A DNA stretch of 28,815 nucleotides from Deltaproteobacteria bacterium (GCA_019313735.1 JAFDAR010000008.1:1-28815); one strand, 5' to 3'; counted from the stretch's first letter, positions 1 through 7,633 are shown. The notes: generated by a model from the letters alone, not told the origin. Numbers and translations: made by a program.

Positions 1-38
1 TCGATCAAAGGGGAATACTGAGGATTACCGTTGGAAGT

Positions 39-103
39 GTAGTAATTCACCGGACTTTAATAAGCGAAGCGTTAAAAGTTCCGGTGGAATGATTTAGTTA
101 TGT
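39..103 (-). other. integron attC-like recombination site, R' end missing
   Basis: On the minus strand, 2 nt after the TAA at 106-108: ACATAAC (R'', 97-103), TAAAT, CATTCCA-CCGGAACTTTTAA, loop CGCTTCGCTTA, TTAAAGTCCGG-TGAATT, ACTAC. The left arm has unpaired extra bases as expected for attC. The expected GTTRRRY at 32-38 is replaced by ACTTCCA. Confidence 0.65.
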
Positions 104-105
104 TT

Positions 106-225
106 TTAACTATATTTTCCAACTGGGTAAATTGTAATTACGATACCAACACCTAAAGCAGATACCCGTTTGACCAACTCTGGTGTAGCACGGAGAGCAA
201 ATCTATGAACTGGTGAACAGGAACA
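106..225 (-). pseudogene. 3' remnant of a small cassette-like gene (C-terminus reminiscent of DUF4279)
   Basis: Open frame ...FALRATPELVKRVSALGVGIVITIYPVGKYS* ending just before the attC-like site. The upstream part of track ORF 106..303 is MITE sequence. Family resemblance is from memory only. Confidence 0.3.
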
Positions 226-269
226 TGAGACTGACGCAGAAATTGGGCAAAATGGGACGTTATGCAAAG
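226..269 (+). mobile_element. truncated right-end fragment of the 142-bp MITE
   Basis: tgagactgacgcagaaattgggcaaaatgggacgttatgcaaag matches the right end of the copy at 5163-5304 almost exactly. Confidence 0.85.
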
Positions 270-1094
270 TCCATATCTCCAGATGTGTCACCATTTTTTT
301 CATTAATCTTTTCCCTTAAAAACTTAAATCCGGGAGTAATGTTTTCATCAAGATCCATTGGCATAAGAGAATTGGCCGGATAGTCCGCCGGTTTTGAAAA
401 GATTTTCAAGCGTATAGAAAACAAGGTTCGCCGGCATGCCCACTGCCATTTCATGCTCTGAGATTCCTGCAAATGACCGGTCTCCCGCACCGGGGAGAAT
501 CACCTGCGGTATTTCCGTTACAAAAGGAATCAGTCCCCCCTTCAGGCATGTTTCTCCGAAACCTTCAAACGTAGATGATGGAGCATGAAGATGCTCATAG
601 CTGAGCGCCTGAATGATATGGGTAAGTTGAACCCCGTCTCCGTATACAAGAACTGAATCCGGTATGTCATACGCTTCATGAAGGGGAGAGCAGATAAAAC
701 CGATATATCCCATCATTCTTCCAATATCTTTTGTTGCAAGAAGCTTTGCGCTTGCCTCAAAACGTCTCTTTTCTGATTCAAGATCCTTGTGCCATCCTTG
801 TCTGACTTGGCTTTCAAGTAGGTCTTCGAGAGATATATCAACCCATTGATGTCCGGCTGTTGCAGGAGTACAGAAGTTGTCGTCAGCTGTCATTGCAATT
901 GTGGAACCGGCGCGGCGTGCCTGTGTTATTGCCTGGCAGAGTGCCATTTTTCTTCCAAATGCCGATGGCCGCATGGCACCATCGGGAATCTCGTCCTTTG
1001 ATTTAATGTATTTTATTGCGACCGGATATGTTGACAAGTGTAGTTTATGATAAAGTTTATTTCCCGCTTTCTGATAGTTCGTTAAATCAGTCAA
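260..1094 (-). pseudogene. DUF169-family protein, frameshifted near the C-terminus
   Basis: AAGGAGG RBS then TTG at 1094 (MTDLTNYQKAG...YPVAIKY...ALCQAITQAR...FCTPA...CLKGG...PGAGDR). The frame breaks after LFKTGG (~384) and the protein-like tail YPANSLMPMDLDENITPGFKFLREKINE continues in track ORF 260..490. Confidence 0.7.
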
Positions 1095-1180
1095 ATCAGA
1101 CCTCCTTGTACACAGCTTAATTTGTATTAAAATCGCTATTAAAAATAACAATTAATATACTTGGCAGGTATTTTCCGAAC

Positions 1181-1210
1181 TTTCGTGAAATCCTACTTTA
1201 TTTCACGAAA
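1181..1210. repeat. 11-bp perfect inverted repeat (operator or REP-like remnant)
   Basis: tttcgtgaaat-cctacttt-atttcacgaaa, upstream of the DUF169-like gene. A similar arm (tttcgtgaaagt) occurs at 14377. Confidence 0.5.
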
Positions 1211-1279
1211 AATGAAAACAGAAAATTCCATTATAAAATCAACTCCAATGAATTTTCTCCATTGGGTATTTTGAGGTAT

Positions 1280-1430
1280 GTAATTCTGCTTTCCATCCTT
1301 TAATGGCATCGGAGAATGGATTTCCCGATGTCTTTGTGTTTTTACTTGCCTCACGCCGCGCAGATCTGCCGCCGGATTTCTTTTCCCGGGAAGTTAAAGA
1401 ACAACAAAGCGCTTGCCGTGTTTGATCAGC
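1280..1430 (-). pseudogene. tex: second, diverged remnant of the tex 3' tail
   Basis: Translates to ...SREKKSGGRSARREASKNTKTSGNPFSDAIKGWKAE, homologous in DNA and protein to RREAGGKTSENPFYDTLKEWKTN* at the end of the tex remnant at 2399-2530. Confidence 0.6.
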
Positions 1431-1446
1431 TTTGGTATTGTGCTCC

Positions 1447-1553
1447 CAAGGTACGCGAAATTTTCCACCGCAGTAATACACAGAGTATTTTGAGGATTAA
1501 AAATTGAGCGCAACTCAGAGATTGAGTAGAAGGAAGCCTTTTGTAAAGGTTTC
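1447..1553 (+). mobile_element. diverged, left-truncated relative of the 142-bp MITE
   Basis: caagg..gcgaaatttt..gtattttgaggattaaaaattgag...cagagattg...ttgtaaaggtttc is colinear with the MITE consensus. No left TIR or TSD is recognisable. Confidence 0.7.
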
Positions 1554-1574
1554 GTATGGATGGAGGAAATGTAA

Positions 1575-2366
1575 ATGAAAAGGTTATTAGTGTTTTTTAT
1601 ATCTCTGTTAATGGTTTCTGCTTTTTCTCTTGTGTGCAGCGCAGATCAGCAAGGGGAGTTTTTTGTAAGTGAAGATATCAAAAGTGAAAATATCAAAACG
1701 GTATTTGATCTTCTCAAAGAGACAAAAAAGAAAGTCGATGCGATTAACGACTACACCTGTACCTTTTATAAGCAGGAATACGTTGATGGCAAAATACTGC
1801 CGCGGGAAGTCATCTATATGAAGTTTAAGAAGCCACTTTCGGTTTATATGAAGTGGATTGGCGAGGCGAAAAGCGGACTCGAGGTTATCTTTAGCAGAGG
1901 TTGGAACGATAACAATTTGATGGCGCATGAAGGTGGTTGGTTAATGAAAAACTTTGTCGTAAACCTTACCCCCACAAGCAGGATGGCAATGAAGGGAAAC
2001 CGCCATCCGGTCACAGAGACAGGCTTTGCTACTATTGTCAACCTTATTGCCAAAGATATGGAGAGGATAAAAGCGCCTTCTGCCTCGGAGGTAAGATTTG
2101 TGGAAAAAGGAATGCAAACAATCTACGGGGTTGAAAGCTATTGCTTTGAGTTCCAACTGCCAAAGCACAAAGACCCCACATTTTACGCCTATAAAGTGCT
2201 GATTTGCATCAATATAAAAACATATTTGCCCAACAGGGTACAGGTGTGGGATATGGTGGACGGGAAGATGGTGCTTGTGGAAGATTACGGCTATGCAAAT
2301 GTAAAAACAAATGTTGGCTTAACGGATAGAGATTTCTCTCCTGACAATCCTGAGTATGAGTTTTAA
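1575..2366 (+). CDS. exported DUF1571 / LolA-like lipoprotein-sorting fold protein
   Basis: GGAGG RBS and signal peptide (MKRLLVFFISLLMVSAFSLVCSA). Motifs DYTCTFYKQE, KFKKPLSVYMKW, NRHPVTETGF, LPNRVQVWD, NVGLTDRDFSPDNPEYEF are typical of DUF1571 proteins as I recall them. Confidence 0.75.
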   Translation: MKRLLVFFISLLMVSAFSLVCSADQQGEFFVSEDIKSENIKTVFDLLKETKKKVDAINDYTCTFYKQEYVDGKILPREVIYMKFKKPLSVYMKWIGEAKSGLEVIFSRGWNDNNLMAHEGGWLMKNFVVNLTPTSRMAMKGNRHPVTETGFATIVNLIAKDMERIKAPSASEVRFVEKGMQTIYGVESYCFEFQLPKHKDPTFYAYKVLICINIKTYLPNRVQVWDMVDGKMVLVEDYGYANVKTNVGLTDRDFSPDNPEYEF

Positions 2367-2398
2367 CCTGCGAGATGTAGGCAGATTCCGGATGGAAG

Positions 2399-2999
2399 CT
2401 AATTTGTTTTCCATTCTTTCAGGGTGTCGTAGAATGGATTTTCCGATGTTTTTCCACCCGCCTCACGGCGCGCAGGCCTGCCGCCGGGGGTTTTCCCCGG
2501 GAACAGTGTCTTTGTCCCGTCTGCCGTGCGGTTCCATCGGATTTGAACGCATGGAAAGCGAGATGCGGTTTCGTTTTATATCAACATCCATCACCGTTGC
2601 CTCGATTCTCTGATTTACCTTTACAATGAGACCTTTGCATAACGTCCCCTTTTGTCCAATTTCTGCGTCAGTCTCAAATTTTAATCCTCAAAATATCTAA
2701 TATATTCCTATGGTTAAAATCTTCGCCTTCCTTGAACTTGAACAAAATTGAACATTCTGCAAAGGTCTCACAATATCATGGGGATTGCGAACAAGCTTGT
2801 CGGCCAGTGCGCTGATATGCACGAGTCCGTCTCGGTGAACCCCGATATCTACAAAGGCGCCGAACGCGGTCACGTTCCTTGCAATGCCGGGCAGTTTTAC
2901 TCCCACCTCCAGATCCGCGATTTTGCTGACGCCCTCAGTGAAGGTAAAAAGTTCAAACTGCTCGCGCGGATCACGGCCGGGCTTCGCGAGTTCCATCAT
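2399..2999 (-). pseudogene. tex: Tex (S1 RNA-binding transcription accessory protein), C-terminal remnant split by a MITE
   Basis: [11 protein letters not shown]...[28 protein letters not shown]...NPHDIV, then MITE, then VKVNQRIEATVMDVDIKRNRISLSMRS. A further frameshift near 2490 precedes the tail ending TAG at 2399-2401. The large N-terminal part is absent. Confidence 0.9.
2628..2769 (-). mobile_element. 142-bp MITE copy A
   Basis: Perfect 12-bp TIR GAGACCTTTGCA/TGCAAAGGTCTC. 5-bp direct repeat ACAAT at 2623-2627 and 2770-2774. Confidence 0.95.
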
Positions 3000-3002
3000 T
3001 AT

Positions 3003-3066
3003 GACTGGATTTCGGTGAAGGCCGGAATGACAGGAAACGGTGTTTTGGGACTTTTTACGAAGCCAT
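3003..3066 (-). repeat. half of a REP/RS3-like intergenic element
   Basis: Minus strand: atggcttcgtaaaaagtcc...gtcattccggccttcaccgaaatccag (hairpin of the GTCATTCCGGC..GCCGGAATCCAG type), truncated where the tex remnant begins. Confidence 0.6.
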
Positions 3067-3071
3067 AATTC

Positions 3072-3722
3072 TTAGCTGAAGGGCATAACATATCTGTACA
3101 TCATCCAGAAATGTGAAAAGGTTCCCATCATGACAAAGACATGGAAGATTTCATGGAACCCGACAATGCGGGGCCAGGGATCGGGTCTCTTAATTGCATA
3201 GATCACAGCGCCTGCGGTATAAAACAGCCCGCCAATGAGCAGCCATGTCACCCCCCCGAGATGAAGGGTTTTTATCAATGGCCATATGGCAACAATGGCC
3301 AGCCACCCTGTACCGATATAGATAAGGGTGTAAAGCCATCGCGGAGCCCCCATCCAGAAAACCTTCATGAGTATGCCGCACGCGGTCAATCCCCATATAA
3401 CTCCGAACAGGCTCCATCCCCAGGCGCCTCTCAAGGGAATAAGACATATAGGTGTATAGGTGGCGGCGATAAGTATAAAGATCATCATGTGATCGATCCT
3501 TCGCAGTCGCTGTGATGCCTCTTCCGAAACGGGCAGCCAGTGATACAGGGTGCTCGCCGTATAGAGCAGGATCATTCCCGCTCCAAAGATGGAGAAGGCT
3601 ACTATGTGCATGGGTTTGACAGGGTGAGTAGAGCCCCATATCAGGAATATCAACCCTGTAATAGCAAGGATAATGCCTATGCAATGTGTAAGTCCACTGA
3701 TCGGATCTTTCAATTTTGTCAT
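3072..3722 (-). CDS. hemolysin III / PAQR family membrane protein
   Basis: THCIG, STLYHW, RRIDHMMIFILIAATYTP and GFHEIFHVFV motifs, about 7 TM segments. Start taken at ATG 3722 after a GAGG RBS (track start 3737). Confidence 0.93.
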   Translation of the reverse strand: MTKLKDPISGLTHCIGIILAITGLIFLIWGSTHPVKPMHIVAFSIFGAGMILLYTASTLYHWLPVSEEASQRLRRIDHMMIFILIAATYTPICLIPLRGAWGWSLFGVIWGLTACGILMKVFWMGAPRWLYTLIYIGTGWLAIVAIWPLIKTLHLGGVTWLLIGGLFYTAGAVIYAIKRPDPWPRIVGFHEIFHVFVMMGTFSHFWMMYRYVMPFS

Positions 3723-3778
3723 GTTACAGCTCCTCACGCGGCTTGCAAAAGCTTCCCATTGGTGGGAGAATAGCGCGC

Positions 3779-4003
3779 TTAAAATGCCGGCAAACTAATG
3801 CGGATCTGCGGGCTGAACCCTGCAATGCCGAAAATTGATACTATTGTACTTTCGGGCATGTTGTCAATTGTAAAAATCAATGGTTCTTCTGTAACACGGA
3901 TCACAGTTTTATGTTCGGCTTTGATGGTTTGATATTTGATAAGGATGGTTCTCCCCATAAAATGCATTAGAATTAGAGGGAAACCTCCAGAAAGCACTTG
4001 CAT
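3779..4003 (-). CDS. possible small hypothetical protein or remnant
   Basis: Open frame of 74 codons with a protein-like tail (KTVIRVTEEPLIFTIDNMPESTIVSIFGIAGFSPQIRISLPAF). No family or good RBS recognised. Confidence 0.25.
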   Translation of the reverse strand: MQVLSGGFPLILMHFMGRTILIKYQTIKAEHKTVIRVTEEPLIFTIDNMPESTIVSIFGIAGFSPQIRISLPAF

Positions 4004-4073
4004 TATGTCCCTATTATTATAAAAGTATCGGAAAATTATAGAATATTTATTCGAACAGGAAAGGAAATAAAGA

Positions 4074-5084
4074 ATGCGGATAACACAGGGGAAATGGTTC
4101 TACATATCGGTTGTGATTATAATCATGGCATTGTTTGCCATACAAGCGTGCAAGAAGAAAGCGGCAAAGCTCCCGGAAGGCACTATAGCGGTAGTCAACG
4201 GAGCAGTGATCACACAGGAAGATCTCGATACGGAGCTGTCCATGGCGCAGCAGCAATTTGCTGATCAGGGTCAGCCAGACGATGAACAGCTCGCGGAGAT
4301 CAAAAAGAATCTCTTCGAGGGTCTTATCGCCCGTAAGGTGCTCTATCAGGAGAGTCAGAAAAAGGGAATAGAAGTGGACGGTGCGACCATCGATAAACGT
4401 CTTGCGAGTATGAAAAAACAATTTCCAAAGGAAGATGATTTCAAAAACATGCTGAAGAAGATGAACCTTACTGAAGATGCCCTGAATGCCCAGTTGCGTG
4501 AAGGAATGGCAATCCAGAAACTCGTAGAACAGGAAGTTATAAGCAATATCGAGATATCGGACAAGAATACGAAGGATTATTACGATGGGCACATGGATCT
4601 CTTCAAGCAACCGGAGAAGATCCGGGCAAGCCATATCCTTGTCAAGGCTGAATCGGGGGCGGATGAGTCCGTTAAAGCCGAAGCCCTTAAGAAGATCAAG
4701 AAGATACAGAAAGAGCTGAAAGCGGGTGGAGATTTTGCTGAACTTGCCAAAAAATATTCGGAATGTCCCAGTAGCGCCAAGGGTGGTGACCTTGGCTACT
4801 TCGGACGAGGACAGATGGTAAAACCCTTTGAAGAGGCGGCTTTCTCCCTGAAACCGGGAGAGATAAGCGATATAACCGAAACCAACTTTGGCTATCATCT
4901 GATAAAAGCCGGGGATAGAAAACCCGAGGTCATAACCGATTACAAGGATATTAAGGAAAGACTTAGCCAATATCTGAAACAGATGAAGACCAAGGAAGAG
5001 GTGGGGAGATATATTGAAAGTCTGAAGGAAAAGGCAAAAATAGAACGATTTCTTCCCGAAGCGAAAAAACCCCGACTCAGCTAA
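4074..5084 (+). CDS. SurA/PrsA-like parvulin peptidyl-prolyl isomerase (lipoprotein)
   Basis: Signal peptide with Cys (IQAC), AVVNG SurA-N domain, parvulin domain ASHILVK...FAELAKKYSECPSSAKGGDLGYF...MVKPFEEAAF...FGYHLIK. Confidence 0.92.
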   Translation: MRITQGKWFYISVVIIIMALFAIQACKKKAAKLPEGTIAVVNGAVITQEDLDTELSMAQQQFADQGQPDDEQLAEIKKNLFEGLIARKVLYQESQKKGIEVDGATIDKRLASMKKQFPKEDDFKNMLKKMNLTEDALNAQLREGMAIQKLVEQEVISNIEISDKNTKDYYDGHMDLFKQPEKIRASHILVKAESGADESVKAEALKKIKKIQKELKAGGDFAELAKKYSECPSSAKGGDLGYFGRGQMVKPFEEAAFSLKPGEISDITETNFGYHLIKAGDRKPEVITDYKDIKERLSQYLKQMKTKEEVGRYIESLKEKAKIERFLPEAKKPRLS

Positions 5085-5162
5085 ATGAATCACGTCACAT
5101 GACCAGCTTATCTGCTGACAGGCGATTTATCCCGGAGTGATTTAATCTCAAGATGATGAAGC

Positions 5163-5304
5163 GAGGCCTTTACAGAATGTTCAATTTTGTTCAAGTTCAA
5201 GGAAGGCGAGAATTTTAACCATAGGCATATATTGGATATTTCGAGGATTAAAATTTGAGACTGACGCAGAAATTGGGCAAAAGGGGACGTTATGCAAAGG
5301 TCTC
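5163..5304 (+). mobile_element. 142-bp MITE copy B
   Basis: 8 mismatches against copy A by manual alignment. 5-bp direct repeat GAAGC at 5158-5162 and 5305-5309. Confidence 0.95.
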
Positions 5305-5340
5305 GAAGCATGCTTGTGTATTTGCCACCATTGTCAAAAT

Positions 5341-5372
5341 AAAAAAGGAGGTTGGTTTCTTATCCAACCTCC
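5341..5372 (-). terminator. Rho-independent terminator of the tRNA transcript
   Basis: Stem ggaggttgg/ccaacctcc with an 8-nt loop, followed on the minus strand by a T6 tract, 13 nt after the tRNA CCA. Confidence 0.8.
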
Positions 5373-5385
5373 CTGATATTATTTA

Positions 5386-5460
5386 TGGTAGTCCCACGGG
5401 GGATTGAACCCCGGTTTCCGGCGTGAGAGGCCAGCGTCCTAACCGCTAGACGATGGGACC
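5386..5460 (-). tRNA. tRNA-Glu(CTC)
   Basis: GGTCCCATCGTCTAGCGGTTAGGACGCTGGCCTCTCACGCCGGAAACCGGGGTTCAATCCCCCGTGGGACTACCA. Full cloverleaf, anticodon loop CT-CTC-AC, encoded CCA. Confidence 0.96.
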
Positions 5461-5461
5461 A

Positions 5462-5530
5462 TGGCTGGGGACAGGAATCGAGCCTGGGCACATATTCCAG
5501 AACCACGAGTCTTATAGATAGACGACCCCA
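5462..5530 (-). pseudogene. degenerate tRNA-Gln(CTG)
   Basis: TGGGG...CCCCAGCCA acceptor ends typical of tRNA-Gln, D-stem GTCT/AGAC, loop TT-CTG-GA, T-arm CCAGG-CTCGATT-CCTGT. Only 69 nt, 5-bp acceptor stem, broken anticodon stem. Lies 1 nt upstream of tRNA-Glu. Confidence 0.75.
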
Positions 5531-5558
5531 CAGTGAAAATCGCCTTGAACTGGCGGTA

Positions 5559-5585
5559 ATTAGACAAATAACACTGAAAAGTCAA
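5559..5585 (-). promoter_or_regulatory. possible sigma70 promoter of the tRNA pair
   Basis: TTGACT ... TCTAAT on the minus strand about 30 nt upstream of the tRNA-Gln remnant. Spacing (15 nt) is suboptimal. Confidence 0.35.
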
Positions 5586-5724
5586 GACTTATTTAGCGGT
5601 TGTTCCTTATACTTCAATATCTGGAAGGTTTGATGTGTGATTTCAACCAAGAAACAATTATTTGCGGGGGGGGCGCTTTGTATTTTGCATCATTACCTCT
5701 TACTCGAAGAATTGTAGAATTTTC

Positions 5725-5754
5725 TTGACATTAGATCAAATTTGTAATTATGTT
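5725..5754 (+). promoter_or_regulatory. sigma70-type promoter of the yceD-rpmF-fab operon
   Basis: TTGACA-N18-TATGTT, ending 38 nt before the yceD start. Confidence 0.55.
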
Positions 5755-5792
5755 GCATTCTTTTTTTAGGCATATCTTTAACAGGACAGGCT

Positions 5793-6335
5793 TTGCAGAT
5801 CAACATCTCAAATATTCCGGAAGAGGGGTTGAATCTCCGGTTCTCTAAAAGTGGAAAATGGTTCCACCGGTTACTGCCGATGAATGCTGATTCTGGTTTT
5901 TGCGTGCGGAACATTGACATGCAATGTTTTGTTGAAAAGGTCTTGAAAAATGTGTCGATCAATGGCAGAATCGCCGCCGGAGTTGAACTTGAGTGCTGCA
6001 GATGTCTGGAAAAATTTGACTTTCCCGTGGAGATTGAATTCAAATACGTTCTCATGCCCGCTGATAATCTGAAGAAAGACGAACTGGAACTGACATATAA
6101 AGACCTGGAATGCAGTTATTATGAAGGTGATATAATCGATCTGGGTCAGATTGTAGTCGAACAGATTGTCCTGCAGGTTCCGGTTAAACCCCTTTGCAAT
6201 GTTTCCTGTAAGGGGCTTTGTCCCGTCTGCGGGATAAACCTTAATATAGAGGAGTGTAATCACGAAACGCAGCAGATAAGCAGTCCATTTGCTGCGTTAA
6301 AAAATTTTAAGACAAAAAAGAAAGGTAGTTGTACT
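5793..6335 (+). CDS. yceD: YceD/DUF177 family protein, no stop codon, reads in frame into rpmF
   Basis: TTG start. ECCRCLEKF, IDLGQIVVEQIVLQVPVKPLCNVSCKGLCPVCGINLN..C and SPFAALK motifs. The ORF continues to 6512. Confidence 0.88.
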
Positions 6336-6512
6336 ATGGCGAATCCAACCAATAGACATTCGAGAACAAGGAGAAATAAGAGAAGGACTCACGATACCCT
6401 TAAAGCTGTCACTACCTCCGTATGCTCACAATGCAGTGAACCAAAGCTGCCCCACCGCGCATGTCCCCATTGTGGTTTCTACAAAGGGCGTGAAGTTATT
6501 TCCGTTGAATAG
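6336..6512 (+). CDS. rpmF: 50S ribosomal protein L32 (Zn-ribbon form)
   Basis: MANPTNRHSRTRRNKRRTH...CSQC.EPKLPHRACPHCGFYKGREV. Own ATG at 6336. Confidence 0.95.
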   Translation: MANPTNRHSRTRRNKRRTHDTLKAVTTSVCSQCSEPKLPHRACPHCGFYKGREVISVE

Positions 6513-6548
6513 ATTTTCCCGGAGTATGTGTTCTAAGGGCGAAGAATT

Positions 6549-7502
6549 ATGGATAACTTAGGCATAGTCTTTCCCGGTCAGGGTTCACAATACGTTGGAA
6601 TGGGAAGGGAACTGTACGAAGGATTTAAAGAAACAAGGGAAATCTTTGCGGAAGCGGAGGAAGCTCTCAACACCGACCTCGCGAAACTTTGCTTTGAAGG
6701 GCCGCAGGATGTCCTCGATCTGACGCCAAACACTCAAACGGCAGTATTGACAGTGGGCGTTGCTTTCTACAGGGTATTTGAAAAGGAAATAGGCATAGAG
6801 CCGGAGGCCATGGCGGGACACAGCCTGGGAGAATATGCCGCTCTCTGTGCCTCAGGGGCCATCGATTTTTCCGATGCCGTTAAACTTGTATATGCAAGGG
6901 GACGATACCAGCAGGAAGCGGTGCCTCAGGGCAAAGGCTGCATGGCTGCTATTATTGGCCTTGACAGGGGATCTGTTGAAGAAATATGCCAGAATGCGGA
7001 CAAAGCCCATGGAGTGGTCGCGTTGGCGAATATCAACAGCCCGGGTCAGTTTGTTATCTCCGGTAACACTGCAGCAGTTGAAAAAGCCATAGTGTTGGCA
7101 AAGGGGAAAGGCGCCCGGATGGGTGTCAAACTCCCCATAAGTGTTCCCTGCCACTGCAACCTCCTGGACGAAGCGGCAGAAAAACTGGAAAAAGATCTTG
7201 ACCGTGTCTCAATAAGGAACTGCAGGGTAAAGGTAATACCGAACTTTGATCCGGAAGCTCTGCATTCAATAGACACTACCAGAAAACTCCTGGCAAGGCA
7301 GTTGAATTCCCCCGTAAGATGGCAGGAAACTGTAGAACGGATGTACAAAATGGGGATAACGACTGTGGTCGAGATAGGGCCGAAAAGGACTTTGTCAAGT
7401 CTCATAAAGAGGATAGACAGGCGTATTAAAACCCTTAATATAGAGGATATCGCCTCTCTGAAAGCAACAATGGATTTCTTTAACGGTGACGAGGCGGCAT
7501 AG
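6549..7502 (+). CDS. fabD: malonyl-CoA:ACP transacylase
   Basis: FPGQGSQYVGMG, catalytic GHSLGEY, ANINSPGQFVISG, SVPCHC, VRWQE, EIGP. Confidence 0.96.
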   Translation: MDNLGIVFPGQGSQYVGMGRELYEGFKETREIFAEAEEALNTDLAKLCFEGPQDVLDLTPNTQTAVLTVGVAFYRVFEKEIGIEPEAMAGHSLGEYAALCASGAIDFSDAVKLVYARGRYQQEAVPQGKGCMAAIIGLDRGSVEEICQNADKAHGVVALANINSPGQFVISGNTAAVEKAIVLAKGKGARMGVKLPISVPCHCNLLDEAAEKLEKDLDRVSIRNCRVKVIPNFDPEALHSIDTTRKLLARQLNSPVRWQETVERMYKMGITTVVEIGPKRTLSSLIKRIDRRIKTLNIEDIASLKATMDFFNGDEAA

Positions 7503-7523
7503 ACTCATGTTTTTTCGTGTCAG

Positions 7524-7539
7524 TCCCGACGAGTCGGGA
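7524..7539. repeat. TCCCGAC-NN-GTCGGGA mini-hairpin
   Basis: tcccgac-ga-gtcggga, 21 nt after the fabD stop. Family also at 8394, 18816, 19719 and 26401. Confidence 0.7.
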
Positions 7540-7633
7540 TTACGGAGTGTTTAGCCTGTGATTTTGTCGCTCTGGGAGGAAAATACCGGCAGGGCGTGCA
7601 AACGAAATCATTCTTGAAAAAAATAAGGTATAT

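Noticed and set aside
4047-5093. 348-aa minus-strand ORF
   Set aside because: Antisense shadow of the PPIase gene; F/L-rich mirror of a K/E-rich protein with no motifs.
5108-5311. 67-aa ORF, also the N-terminal extension of rpiB (10051) and the C-terminal end of ORF 2697..2999
   Set aside because: These frames run through the non-coding 142-bp MITE.
5341-5460. tRNA-Glu as an integration site for an island covering the left arm
   Set aside because: No duplicated tRNA 3' end and no integrase found in the window.
5666-5673. G8 homopolymer as a phase-variation switch
   Set aside because: Lies about 50 nt upstream of the -35 box, not in the spacer or a coding region, and the downstream genes are housekeeping.
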